A stretch of DNA of 62,365 bases, the filler included. It is 9 parts of 9 records of this genome, joined end to end, with 100 filler letters (N's around TTAATTAATTAA, not from the genome) between each part and the next. Parts side by side here need not be neighbours in the genome. Positions count along the whole stretch, not along the records: positions 18,188 to 30,225 come from DRR723986_35062; positions 30,326 to 37,484 come from DRR723986_35810; positions 37,585 to 43,034 come from DRR723986_35856; 6 more parts are not named here. One strand, written 5' to 3'. The position numbers and the translations under genes are program-made. The notes below the pieces were generated by a model that was not told the DNA's origin, ran no database searches, and saw only the letters and a list, made by a program, of their open reading frames with translations. Positions 29,431 through 38,583 of this stretch are shown here, in pieces. Position 1 is the stretch's first letter, and each line of letters begins with the position of its first letter.

Positions 29431-30138
29431 GGCTATTCGAGGAATATGTATATACTCTTTTGAGCCAGTATGGAGTCAAAAGCAATATAGGTTATTGTTA
29501 ATTTCATGATTCAAGTAGCCCGTCAGGAGCTCTTTCAGCTTCAATTTTTTCGCTTCCTTATGGAGTAAATGTTCTGGTCCACATCCTTTTTCTAGAAGTT
29601 TGCTAAATCAAAAAGAAGTTCATGGATTGCTGAGGAGCTGCCAGAGATTTGAATGCCGTGAATTTCTGATTAAGGATTGTTGATATTGGTTATAGACCTG
29701 GCACTGAGATACTTTTGGCGGCTAATACGCTTTGTTGAAATGTTACTGAGGTAGGAAGATTTAGAAGTGGAGTATCAAAACTCTGCCATTGGTTAATTTG
29801 GTATAAACTTCCTCTTATCTTTTTTGACCTTATACGACGATAGAAATAATCTTCAAATTGGTTTTTTGCTCTTATGAGCTATGATCATGCTGATAGGAAT
29901 TGGTCTTTTATCCCTGCAGCTGACCTTCATTTCATTTACGAAAACTAAATATGAAGGGCTTTTGAATTCATACCTGTTGAAATCGAAAAAGAGTTAGGGG
30001 TTACCTTCCAAATTGGATCTGAGTTATTTTTTGATTTTAATATAGTGTCTCAAAATATTGATTAATAAGGAGTAATGTTGTTCGAATAATATTCCTCTAC
30101 CGTGATTATCAATTTATATAGCTTAAATTCCGTAGTAA

Positions 30139-30153
30139 TACGAAAAAATCGTA
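30139..30153. promoter_or_regulatory. Candidate operator palindrome TACGA-N5-TCGTA
   Basis: Palindrome about 35 bp upstream of a BlaI-like gene start. Confidence 0.45.
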
Positions 30154-30186
30154 GGATTATTAAAAATTCGTTTATACTTTAGGAAT

Positions 30187-30225
30187 ATGAACGAATTGAA
30201 TAGCAACGAAGAAAGGATCATGCGC
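30187..30225 (+). CDS. Start of a probable BlaI/MecI/CopY family repressor (truncated)
   Basis: MNELNSNEERIMR resembles the L-x-x-x-E-x-x-I-M N-terminus of the family. Only 13 codons are visible. Confidence 0.55.
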
Positions 30226-30325
30226 NNNNNNNNNNNNNNNNNNNNNNNNNNNNNNNNNNNNNNNNNNNNTTAATTAATTAANNNNNNNNNNNNNNNNNNN
30301 NNNNNNNNNNNNNNNNNNNNNNNNN

Positions 30326-30637
30326 ATCGAAAGCGGCGGCGATAACCTGTCGGCCACATTCAGCCCTGAGCTGGCAGATGTGACCCTCTATGTGATCGAC
30401 GTGGCGGCTGGCGAAGAAATTCCCCGCAAGGGTGGGCCAGCTATCACCAAATCTGACATCCTGATCATCAACAAGACCGATCTCGCCCCCCATGTGGGCG
30501 CATCGCTTGAGGTTATGGACCGCGATGCAACAATGATGCGCCGCGGGCGGCCTTTCGTGTTTACTTCTCTGCGCAATCGCGAAGGCGTGGAAAAGATCAT
30601 TCCGTTGCTTGAAAATGCCGGAGGACTGGGCGTTTAG
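30326..30637 (+). CDS. ureG: Urease accessory GTPase UreG (5' truncated)
   Basis: [45 protein letters not shown]. Confidence 0.95.
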   Translation: MESGGDNLSATFSPELADVTLYVIDVAAGEEIPRKGGPAITKSDILIINKTDLAPHVGASLEVMDRDATMMRRGRPFVFTSLRNREGVEKIIPLLENAGGLGV

Positions 30638-30999
30638 AGATGTGACAGGTGCACTTTTAGAGGCTAACATCCTACAAGGTTCCGCGCTGGTGAAAGACAC
30701 AGCGGCGTCAAATTGAACAAAGGCTGCTAGCCTACTTGTCCTTGGCTTAGAATTCGACTTGGGCCATCTGTCGGTTCAATCGGTATCTGCAAATGGCCTT
30801 GGTCAAATGCCCTCCAATTATCTGGCAAGGCTTGCTACAGGTGAAAAACCTAGCCTTCCATCAGCTTCGAACCTAACTTGGACTGGCACGCAAAGGACAC
30901 AGACAGTTGTGCCGCTTGAATGTCCTTTTTCAACTTTTAGGCATGAGTTGTCCTATCGTGCAGCGAACGTCTGCTCTCTGTCCGGTGTGCCGAAGGGCC

Positions 31000-31027
31000 A
31001 TGTCCGCTTTGGGCTTGCAGCAGCCAT
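31000..31027 (+). repeat. 28-bp imperfect palindrome, site A
   Basis: ATGTCCGCTTT-GGGCTT-GCAGCAGCCAT. Related copies at 32497-32524 (-) and 36036-36063 (+). Confidence 0.7.
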
Positions 31028-31089
31028 TAAGCGCAGATCGGCCCAGCTCTCATTTGCCCCGGTTTTCCGGTAATTGCCAAGGCAGGTAG

Positions 31090-31240
31090 TGGACCTCTCG
31101 CGCTTTTGTGCCGCCCCAAGTTCTCGTTTAGGCCACTTTCCGTTCGAAAGCGACGGGGCTTCCCCTTCCAGTGCTGAGTGGCGACGACGTGGATTGTAGA
31201 AGCCGTTGATGTATTCGAAAATCGCCAGATCAGCTCGGCC
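31090..31240 (-). mobile_element. IS3-family remnant (transposase C-terminus and right end)
   Basis: Minus strand encodes ADLAIFEYINGFYNPRRRHSAL, then in a shifted frame SPVAFERKVA*. An IR-like TGGACCT starts at 31090. Confidence 0.8.
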
Positions 31241-31358
31241 TTGATGGTTTTCTTCCGCGAACCTAAATCTCATGGCTTTTGGTTCGCGAAGAAGGCTGTG
31301 GCCTTTTTTAGATATCCCAGTCCTTTTAGGTTGGCATGTTTTCTTCCAAGGAGGAAAT

Positions 31359-32344
31359 TGTGGAAGAGAGTTTTTGTGAAAACTTGGCGCAACAATCCCC
31401 ATAATTTCAGCGCCCCTTGGGGGTGCGACTGGTCCAGCCATGACAGCGGCAGGGTCGGTGGCTGTAGGTTTCGAGACCATACCCCTTTGGAGTGGGGGTA
31501 CAGAGTTAGTCCACAACGGGGTTCAAGGTGTACGGGCACTTACTGATCGAAATTTCGCTGTGAACCTGAACATGGACTTTTGTGGGGATGAGGAATTGCA
31601 GGCCTGTTTAGATCAGGAGGTGTTCGCAGTTTCATTGTTCTGGGGTGTTAAGCCTGACTACATTGAAAAGGCCAAGCAACGCGGGCTTTTTGTCTTTTCC
31701 ACGGTCGGAAACGCCCAGGAAGCGAAGATGGCCGCGGACGCCGGAGCCGATGTTATTGTCGCGCAGGGTTGGGAAGCGGGCGGGCACGTTTGGGGACAGG
31801 TGACGACGATGGCACTGGTTCCTGCTGTCACTGACGCAGTGGATGTTCCAGTGGTTGCTGCTGGTGGGATATCAGACGGTTGAGCAATGGCCGCCGCTTT
31901 GATGCTTGGAGCGTCAGGTGTTTGGGTGGGAACTCGGTTTTTGGCTAGCAACGAGGCGACGATCCACCCCGAATACCGCCAACTGATATTTGAAGCGAGC
32001 GAGGACCAAACCCATTGGGCGAGAGAACATTATAACGACTTTTGGCCAAACGCACCCCATCGCGCGTTGCTGAATGAAACTCCTAAGACTTGGGAAACCG
32101 CAGGCGAGCCAGACCCAGGTCGGCGACCCGGCGAGACGAACCTCTGGGTCATCAGGCCAATGGCGACCCCGTGATGCGATATGAAGCTCATACCCCGCAA
32201 ATAGGCACGGCAGGCGACATAGCGGCCATGTCATTATGGTCTGGGCAGAGTGTTTCTAAAGTGCGAAAACCACAATCCGCTGCCGAGATCGTCGAAGAAA
32301 TTTATCGCGAAGCCAAGCTAACAATTCAGGCATTTCAAAAGTGA
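31359..32344 (+). pseudogene. Nitronate monooxygenase / FabK-like flavoenzyme, disrupted
   Basis: PIISAPLGG, VAQGWEAGGH, PVVAAGGISDG*, VGTRFLAS, WSGQSV. Frameshift near 31380, in-frame TGA at 31881, second frameshift near 32140. Confidence 0.85.
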
Positions 32345-32496
32345 ACTCGAAATCGAGATTGAACTGCGTTGGGCTGCTTGCAGCTATCCGTACCTGGTGC
32401 TGCGAACGGCAGTGTGGAGCCGTTCAGGCGAGTTTGCAAAGGTCGCTATCTGCGCATTGCTGCCGCTCGATCCGTCCCGCTGGCAGAAACTGTCAG

Positions 32497-32524
32497 ATGA
32501 CTGGTGCCAGCCCAAAGCAGACAC
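32497..32524 (-). repeat. 28-bp imperfect palindrome, site B
   Basis: Minus strand reads GTGTCTGCTTT-GGGCTG-GCACCAGTCAT. Confidence 0.65.
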
Positions 32525-32619
32525 TCGTCAGTGGGCAGGTATTGAATAGCGGGTGATATTCTGCTCATCGGGGTGAAGCCATAGTTTAGACGGAAGGTCG
32601 GGCATGCTCGCTCAGTCTT

Positions 32620-33732
32620 CTACGATGTGTTTAATTGCACAGTGCGAATTACGGCTTGAGTGATCTGCGCTGTATTTGCATTTCCACCCAAATCTGGTGA
32701 CAGAAGTCCGGCATCGAGAACATTTTCCACTGCTTGTTCTATGGAGCGCGCGGCTGAAGCAACTCCAAAGCTATACTCGAACATCATGCCAACCGAAAGG
32801 ATGGCCCCAATGGGGTTAGCGATGCCTTGTCCCGAAATATCGGGCGCACTGCCATGGGTTGGCTCATAAAGTCCGCCCTTTACGCGATGCCCTGCCTGGG
32901 CGGCAGCGGGTAGATTCGCCGAGGGCAGCATGCCCAAAGACCCAGACACCACAGCAACCAGATCCGACATGAGGTCGCCAAACAAGTTGTCAGCCAAGAG
33001 CACGTCAAAGTCTCGTGGCGCGCGGGCTACAGCAAACAACGCATAGTCCATCAAAAGGTGGTTCAGTTCGACATCCGGGAACTCCTCGCGCCCAATTCGG
33101 TCGACAGTTTCACGCCAAAGCTTGCCGCTCTCCATGACGTTGGACTTGTCCAGGGATGTGACATGACCGCGCCGACCACGTGCGGCCTCGAAGGCGCACC
33201 GTGCAATGCGCTCAACCTCATGTGTTCGGTATTCGCTGATCTCGTAGGCACGGATTTGACCATCGGGAAGGACCTCACGGCCTCGGGGCTCGCCATAATA
33301 AATCCCGCCCGCATTTTCCCGCACCACCAAAAGATCAGCCCCGTCCACAACAGCCTTTCTGTAAGGCGTCTGGGACAACAGCGGTTTCCATGACCGCGCT
33401 GGCCGCAAGGCATTAAACACATCGAGCTCTATCCGCAGACGCGTCAAACCGTCTGTCTCGGTGATGGGGCCTTTGATTTGGATGCCGTCCCACTTTGGTC
33501 CGCCAACCGCCCCCACCAGCACGGCATCCGCAGCACGCGCTTTGGCCGCAACAACGTCGGTGCAAAAGGTGCCATGTACATCCCAAGAGGCCCCGCCAAG
33601 AAGGTCTTCCTCGATTTCAACGGGAATATCGAAAAGGGCTGCAGTATGGCGCAACACGTCCAGCCCGCTGGCAACAACTTCAGGCCCGATGTGATCACCG
33701 CCAAGAGCCAAAACTTTGAACGGGCCGCTCAT
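32620..33732 (-). CDS. Beta-decarboxylating dehydrogenase (isopropylmalate/tartrate dehydrogenase family), outside a leu operon
   Basis: GDHIGPEV, VVRENAGGIYYG, DKSNV, NLFGDLMSD, YEPTHGSAPDISGQGIANP. Confidence 0.9.
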   Translation of the reverse strand: MSGPFKVLALGGDHIGPEVVASGLDVLRHTAALFDIPVEIEEDLLGGASWDVHGTFCTDVVAAKARAADAVLVGAVGGPKWDGIQIKGPITETDGLTRLRIELDVFNALRPARSWKPLLSQTPYRKAVVDGADLLVVRENAGGIYYGEPRGREVLPDGQIRAYEISEYRTHEVERIARCAFEAARGRRGHVTSLDKSNVMESGKLWRETVDRIGREEFPDVELNHLLMDYALFAVARAPRDFDVLLADNLFGDLMSDLVAVVSGSLGMLPSANLPAAAQAGHRVKGGLYEPTHGSAPDISGQGIANPIGAILSVGMMFEYSFGVASAARSIEQAVENVLDAGLLSPDLGGNANTAQITQAVIRTVQLNTS

Positions 33733-34922
33733 CCTGCCATCCCCTGGCGCAAAACCATATGCATGGCGTCCGGGTCAAGATCCCGCTGAAGTAGGCGAAG
33801 GCTGGAATGAAAGTCATCCAGATCCACTGAGGATGTCAGAACTGCCCTTGGTGGGGTTTCCGGGGTAAACCCGGTGCGCCCATGCAACAGCCGCTGGTTG
33901 TCAAACAGCAACCCCTCTCCGGCTTTCAAGTCGAGGGTTAGGCAAAGATCATCATCGTAGAGTATCGCAAAAAGCCGTTTCAGAGCCCGGTATGCTGGCA
34001 CAACCTGATCAGCGGGCACATCCAGAGGTGAGATTTGCCGTTCGTTCATCCGCACGCCGCAAACCTCACCCTGATCGTCCAGCTGTATGACCGGCAGGCG
34101 AGATTTGTACCAGCGCTCGTTACCATGGCTATTGTCACCAGGGTCAAAGCGCTGACAGGTAACCCGCATATTGCACAGCAGGTCAAAATCCTCTGGCCAG
34201 CTCTCTTTCAGCCGCCGCACCGCTTCAAACCCGTCTACCAACGTGGAGGCGCCGCCGTTCGAGCTGGGATGCAGAACCTGAAATACGGTAATCCCGATAG
34301 CAGCGTAGCGATATGGCTCGTCCACATGAGGATCAAGCGGGCCTGTTGTATCTCCCACGTTGGTGACGGTTTTCTTGGTTTTGAGCGTATAGGTCCCGAA
34401 ATGCGTCTGCCTTTGTGCACCAACCAGATTGATCATCCGAACGCTCTCTGCTTTGTCGGTTGGGACATCAGTAATCTTGCAAAACCCATAGTCCCGTACA
34501 GCTTCTAGGATGCGCAACCTTACCGCAGGATCAGATTCTGCTTCGGTCAACGAACCGCTGGGTGGACTTACGGCAATGGATCTATTCCAAAGGACTGGAT
34601 CTTGGCGCCTGTTGGTGCGCTCGGTCTCTGAATAGCAATGATTGCGCAGCCACCGGGCAGGATACTCTGACGAGTGCCCATCCGGCCATGCCACCCGCAC
34701 TGCGCTGTCTGTAAAATCGACATTGGAGAATGTGATCGTCTCGTCAAAGTGCTGCAGGCGGATGCCACGCACACCTGTTTCCGGTGTTCCACATTTCGGG
34801 CACCAGCATTGGTGTCGCAGCCAGATGGCGTGAAAACGACTTTCATGCCCGTCTCCCCATTGGACGACCAAAAGGCCGTCTTGATAGGTGGAAGATCGGA
34901 TGCTGTGGCGTTCAGATCGCAT
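33729..34922 (-). CDS. Fe(II)/2-oxoglutarate dioxygenase, gamma-butyrobetaine hydroxylase-like (TauD family)
   Basis: N-terminal WLRHQCWCPKC (GBBH-like Zn domain), HVD and DNQRLLHGR. Start at ATG 34922. Stop overlaps the next start (ATGA). Confidence 0.88.
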   Translation of the reverse strand: MRSERHSIRSSTYQDGLLVVQWGDGHESRFHAIWLRHQCWCPKCGTPETGVRGIRLQHFDETITFSNVDFTDSAVRVAWPDGHSSEYPARWLRNHCYSETERTNRRQDPVLWNRSIAVSPPSGSLTEAESDPAVRLRILEAVRDYGFCKITDVPTDKAESVRMINLVGAQRQTHFGTYTLKTKKTVTNVGDTTGPLDPHVDEPYRYAAIGITVFQVLHPSSNGGASTLVDGFEAVRRLKESWPEDFDLLCNMRVTCQRFDPGDNSHGNERWYKSRLPVIQLDDQGEVCGVRMNERQISPLDVPADQVVPAYRALKRLFAILYDDDLCLTLDLKAGEGLLFDNQRLLHGRTGFTPETPPRAVLTSSVDLDDFHSSLRLLQRDLDPDAMHMVLRQGMAG

Positions 34923-35031
34923 AGTTATGTTCCTGTGAGTTTCCTGTCGAGCATAAGGCCGCGGCAGAATCTGTTTGACAAATTCCAATTCATCACAGGA
35001 TGGTTGAGCTGACCTCAACCATGGAGATCAG

Positions 35032-35931
35032 ATGCTGCCCGACCCCAAAAACCCATCCTATCTTGGCGCATTGATCTATTTTCATCATGCTGCAGAAACA
35101 TTGAGTTTTTCGCGCGCAGCGCAGGCTCTCAACGTAACGCCTTCTGCTGTCAGCCATCGCATAACCGCATTGGAAGCGGCCTTGGGAAAACGCCTTTTTG
35201 AAAGGCGCGTGAGAGAAGTTCACCTAACGCAAGATGGCACCGAACTGGCAAGGGCAACGTCAAGGATCTGGTCTGAACTTCAGGGAGTTACCGAACGATT
35301 AAGCACTCAAGAGGTGTTACGAGTGTCTATCGGCCCCTATTTGTCGTCACAATGGCTGCTTCCGCGCATCGGGGAATTTGAAACGCAACATCCCGGCTTG
35401 CGTATTGATTTGATCCACGTGATTGGACAAGCAGACGCGCGTTTGGCTGACGTTTCGATCATCTGGTCCAGCCTGGATGGTTCCGAGGTAAAAGCTTCGC
35501 AATTGTTCGACACAAAGGCCATTCCGGTGGCAGCGCCGGGATTGCAATTTGATGATGCCTTTTGGAATGGGAACTTGGCTCCAATCCATTACCGCGATCG
35601 CTGTACTTGGCGGCATTGGCTTTCGGCATCCGGTGTACCAACAGACTTTGCAGATCGCGGTGAAATTCTGGAAGAGCCTCATATTGTTCTAGAGGCTGCG
35701 GCCTATGGTCGAGGTATCGCAATTGGCTTCCTCCCCTTCATCGGAAAATTCTTTGAACAAGGCCGACTTGTTCCTGTGGGATCGAAAGCCATCCGTTCTG
35801 GCAGAGGCTACCGAATAGCTGTGAACACCAGCGAGCGACCAATGGCCGACCTGTTTGCTGATTGGGTGATCCGTCAAGCCAACGATGAGGTATTTTCAAC
35901 GGCAACAGAAGTAACATCCAAATCGGATTGA
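35032..35931 (+). CDS. LysR family regulator (GcvA-like)
   Basis: HTH LSFSRAAQALNVTPSAVSHRI and WLLPRIGEFETQHP. Divergent from the dioxygenase. Confidence 0.93.
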   Translation: MLPDPKNPSYLGALIYFHHAAETLSFSRAAQALNVTPSAVSHRITALEAALGKRLFERRVREVHLTQDGTELARATSRIWSELQGVTERLSTQEVLRVSIGPYLSSQWLLPRIGEFETQHPGLRIDLIHVIGQADARLADVSIIWSSLDGSEVKASQLFDTKAIPVAAPGLQFDDAFWNGNLAPIHYRDRCTWRHWLSASGVPTDFADRGEILEEPHIVLEAAAYGRGIAIGFLPFIGKFFEQGRLVPVGSKAIRSGRGYRIAVNTSERPMADLFADWVIRQANDEVFSTATEVTSKSD

Positions 35932-36035
35932 GCAATCCGGCTTATCCATCCAATCTTGTCTGAGAATGTCCGCTTGCGGGAAACTCTGCTGAGCATTTTG
36001 CAGTAGCAGCATCCTGTGCGCGAGGCACTCAACCC

Positions 36036-36063
36036 ATGACGGCTAAGGGCTGGGAGCCGTCAT
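36036..36063 (+). repeat. 28-bp palindrome, site C
   Basis: ATGACGGCTAA-GGGCTG-GGAGCCGTCAT with perfect 9-bp outer arms. Confidence 0.7.
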
Positions 36064-36183
36064 CCGAGCTAGACGCAGCGCAAATTGGCGTTGAGCCCAA
36101 CTTACTGATTTTTTGCGCCGCAGCTGATGACCGCTTTGCAGCGTCGTTGACTTTGCTCTCTTGGGTGCTTTACGTCTGATCAC

Positions 36184-36234
36184 ATGATGGATTCGTGTTC
36201 TCAGTCTCAGGAGTATTATCCTCAGCTTCGATAG
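36184..36234 (+). CDS. Putative leader peptide MMDSCSQSQEYYPQLR* (Tyr-Tyr)
   Basis: 16-codon ORF not in the ORF track. TTGACT at 36147 puts the transcription start near the ATG. It precedes prephenate dehydrogenase. Confidence 0.68.
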   Translation: MMDSCSQSQEYYPQLR

Positions 36235-36329
36235 CTGCGGGTCATTCATCATTGGTTTTCCGCTGCCCCCTGACAGCGGTCAACGTACGGACGACCTTAT
36301 GCCGGGCGGCAAATTCAAAGGTCGAAAAA

Positions 36330-37121
36330 TTGAACAGCAACAGTAAAATTCAACACACGTCACTAGGCATCGTGGGATTTGGTGCATTTGGGCAACTTGC
36401 TGCTCTTCATCTAGGTAAGTACTTCGAGATATCAGCGTATGATCCGTCACCGGGCCTTGCCAAGGTCGCCCAGCAACTCGGGGTGTCTCTTTCATCGTTG
36501 TATTCAGTGTCGCAGGCTGATGTGATCCTCATTGCGGCACCAGTCTCTTCATTTGAGCAGGTTGTCAGCGAGATCGCGGTTGCTTGTAAATCTGGCGCGC
36601 TGATTGTCGATGTTGGCTCAGTCAAAGTAATTCCCTCGGAAATCATGCAACGGTTGCTACCGAACAACGTAGATATCGTCGCAACCCATCCATTGTTCGG
36701 TCCACAGAGCGCTGCGGAAGGAATTGAGGGATTGAAAGTTGCGGTCTGCCCCATTCAGGGAAGGCGGCATTCGAGGTTGGCTGCTTTTTTACGCAAGTCT
36801 CTCGGTCTGACTACCATCATGACGACACCAGAAGAACATGACCAAGAAGCAGCTGTCGTCCAGGGTCTCACGCACCTCATCGCCAAAGTGCTATTGAGAA
36901 TGGGACCATTGCCAACGCGCATGACAACGAAGAGCTTTGACTCGTTATCTGAAGCGATTTCCATGGTTCAGCACGATGCGCCAGAAGTATTTGAAGCGAT
37001 TGAGAAGGCCAATCCCTACGCTGAGACCGTACGACGAAGATTTTTCGATTTGGCGGCCAATTTGAGTGACGAGTTGGAAGCAGCCTCTACGCCAATGTCG
37101 CGCGACGAAGGTGGTCATTGA
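36330..37121 (+). CDS. Prephenate/arogenate dehydrogenase (TyrA family), stand-alone
   Basis: GIVGFGAFG, VDVGSVK, HPLFGP, TPEEHDQEAAVVQGLTH. Start placed at TTG 36330 and is uncertain. Confidence 0.9.
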   Translation: MNSNSKIQHTSLGIVGFGAFGQLAALHLGKYFEISAYDPSPGLAKVAQQLGVSLSSLYSVSQADVILIAAPVSSFEQVVSEIAVACKSGALIVDVGSVKVIPSEIMQRLLPNNVDIVATHPLFGPQSAAEGIEGLKVAVCPIQGRRHSRLAAFLRKSLGLTTIMTTPEEHDQEAAVVQGLTHLIAKVLLRMGPLPTRMTTKSFDSLSEAISMVQHDAPEVFEAIEKANPYAETVRRRFFDLAANLSDELEAASTPMSRDEGGH

Positions 37122-37724
37122 TCGAGCAACGCGCAAGGTCAGCTTCCTCCCGCATAGGAGGCCTTCTAGATAATCGCTGCAAAAGCCCGGTGTTCGGCCC
37201 GGCGGGTAAATCAATCATATCCACTTTGGAGCTGCGAGCAGTCGGCAAGAACGACCCGACGAAACCACTGGAGAGATTTCAAGCTGACTTTAAAGAGCGT
37301 TCCAACACAGCCACCAGCATGACGCTCTTAACCTCTGGCCAAACCCGATACGGCAGGCATAATGTCCGTACGCACTCAAAGTGAGTTGCTGCAAGTATCC
37401 CTGTTACAGTGCTATGGAACACTTATTCCTACAGTAACCGGAAGAGGCAGGATAATGCCGGAAGAACCCGGACAGGATCAGTAANNNNNNNNNNNNNNNN
37501 NNNNNNNNNNNNNNNNNNNNNNNNNNNNTTAATTAATTAANNNNNNNNNNNNNNNNNNNNNNNNNNNNNNNNNNNNNNNNNNNNCAAGGAAGGTATGGGG
37601 CAAGCTTGGTCAGGTAGTTAAGAATTCTGGAAAAACCATATGAAAGTGGAGAAAAAGTTTTGCAGCTAGCTTGTAGGGTTACAATGACACAGAAGATTTC
37701 AAACTGAGTATTTGTCTAAGAATA

Positions 37725-37760
37725 AAAAAACCAGACAGCTATAGAGCAGTCTGGTTTTTT
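37725..37760. terminator. Bidirectional intrinsic terminator
   Basis: AAAAAACCAGAC-N12-GTCTGGTTTTTT. Confidence 0.8.
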
Positions 37761-37778
37761 GAATTAAGTAACTTTAAA

Positions 37779-38549
37779 TTAACTAGCAGTTACATTAATA
37801 TGAGTTTCGACAGCTGTTATGTTACCATCTTCGTCTTCTATAGTAAAAATAACGTGGTATTCACCCGTTGGAGCGTTAGCCGGTACATCGATGTGCTCGT
37901 GGAATTCAGCTTCTGTAAGACCATGATATCCCTCTTCATAGATTTCCTCAAAATCCCATTCGACTTCACCAGCACCTGGTGTAATTCCATGGGCATGGAC
38001 GTCAACAGTGATTTGATGGATCCCATTCACAGCATTGATCATAAATTCTACATGGAAATCAGTGCCTCTAGCCACCGTTTCGTCCATCTCAAAGTCATTG
38101 ATAGTCACTGGTGACATGACTTCCAAATGCCCTTCAGTCTCTGTGGTTTTTCCTGCTTTATCAGTGACTTCAATAGTCACATGGTATTCTCCAGCAGGTG
38201 CTGTGGCAGTAATGTCAATATGTTCGTGAAATGAGGGGTTTTTTACCAAATATTTTTCATCTATGTAAGTATGAGAATAATCCCATTCCTCTTCGCCTTC
38301 TACGACTTCTAGGTCATGGCCATGAATGGTAACCGTGATTGATGCTACGGTAGCTTCTGCTAGAATTTCAGCCTCTATATGGAGATCTGATCCTCTAAAA
38401 GCTGTTCCGTCTGTTTCGTGGGTTCCACCTTCCCCAAATTCAAATCCAGAGATTACAGGTGCATCAAAGTTTACATCCTCATCATCCTGGCAGGAGAAAA
38501 GTACAAGTCCCAAAATTGGGACTATTAAAGCGTGTTTAAGTTTATTCAT
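37779..38549 (-). CDS. His-rich lipoprotein with two tandem DUF4625-like domains
   Basis: Lipobox LFSC. Duplicated RG(S/T)D(L/F)H(I/V)E ... FHEHID..A.AP.GEYHV. Confidence 0.8.
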   Translation of the reverse strand: MNKLKHALIVPILGLVLFSCQDDEDVNFDAPVISGFEFGEGGTHETDGTAFRGSDLHIEAEILAEATVASITVTIHGHDLEVVEGEEEWDYSHTYIDEKYLVKNPSFHEHIDITATAPAGEYHVTIEVTDKAGKTTETEGHLEVMSPVTINDFEMDETVARGTDFHVEFMINAVNGIHQITVDVHAHGITPGAGEVEWDFEEIYEEGYHGLTEAEFHEHIDVPANAPTGEYHVIFTIEDEDGNITAVETHINVTAS

Positions 38550-38583
38550 TGTGCTCTTACTTTTTGTTTGTTATAGATTTGAT

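Noticed and set aside
31881-31883. In-frame TGA as possible selenocysteine or readthrough
   Set aside because: The position is not a catalytic Cys and the gene also has two frameshifts, so a pseudogene is the simpler explanation.
32620-33732. Naming this gene leuB
   Set aside because: The family is clear, but the context (no leuCD, coupled to a dioxygenase) suggests a paralog with another substrate.
37118-37484. Short ORF and possible IS end at the contig edge
   Set aside because: No recognisable motif, and too little sequence to support a call.
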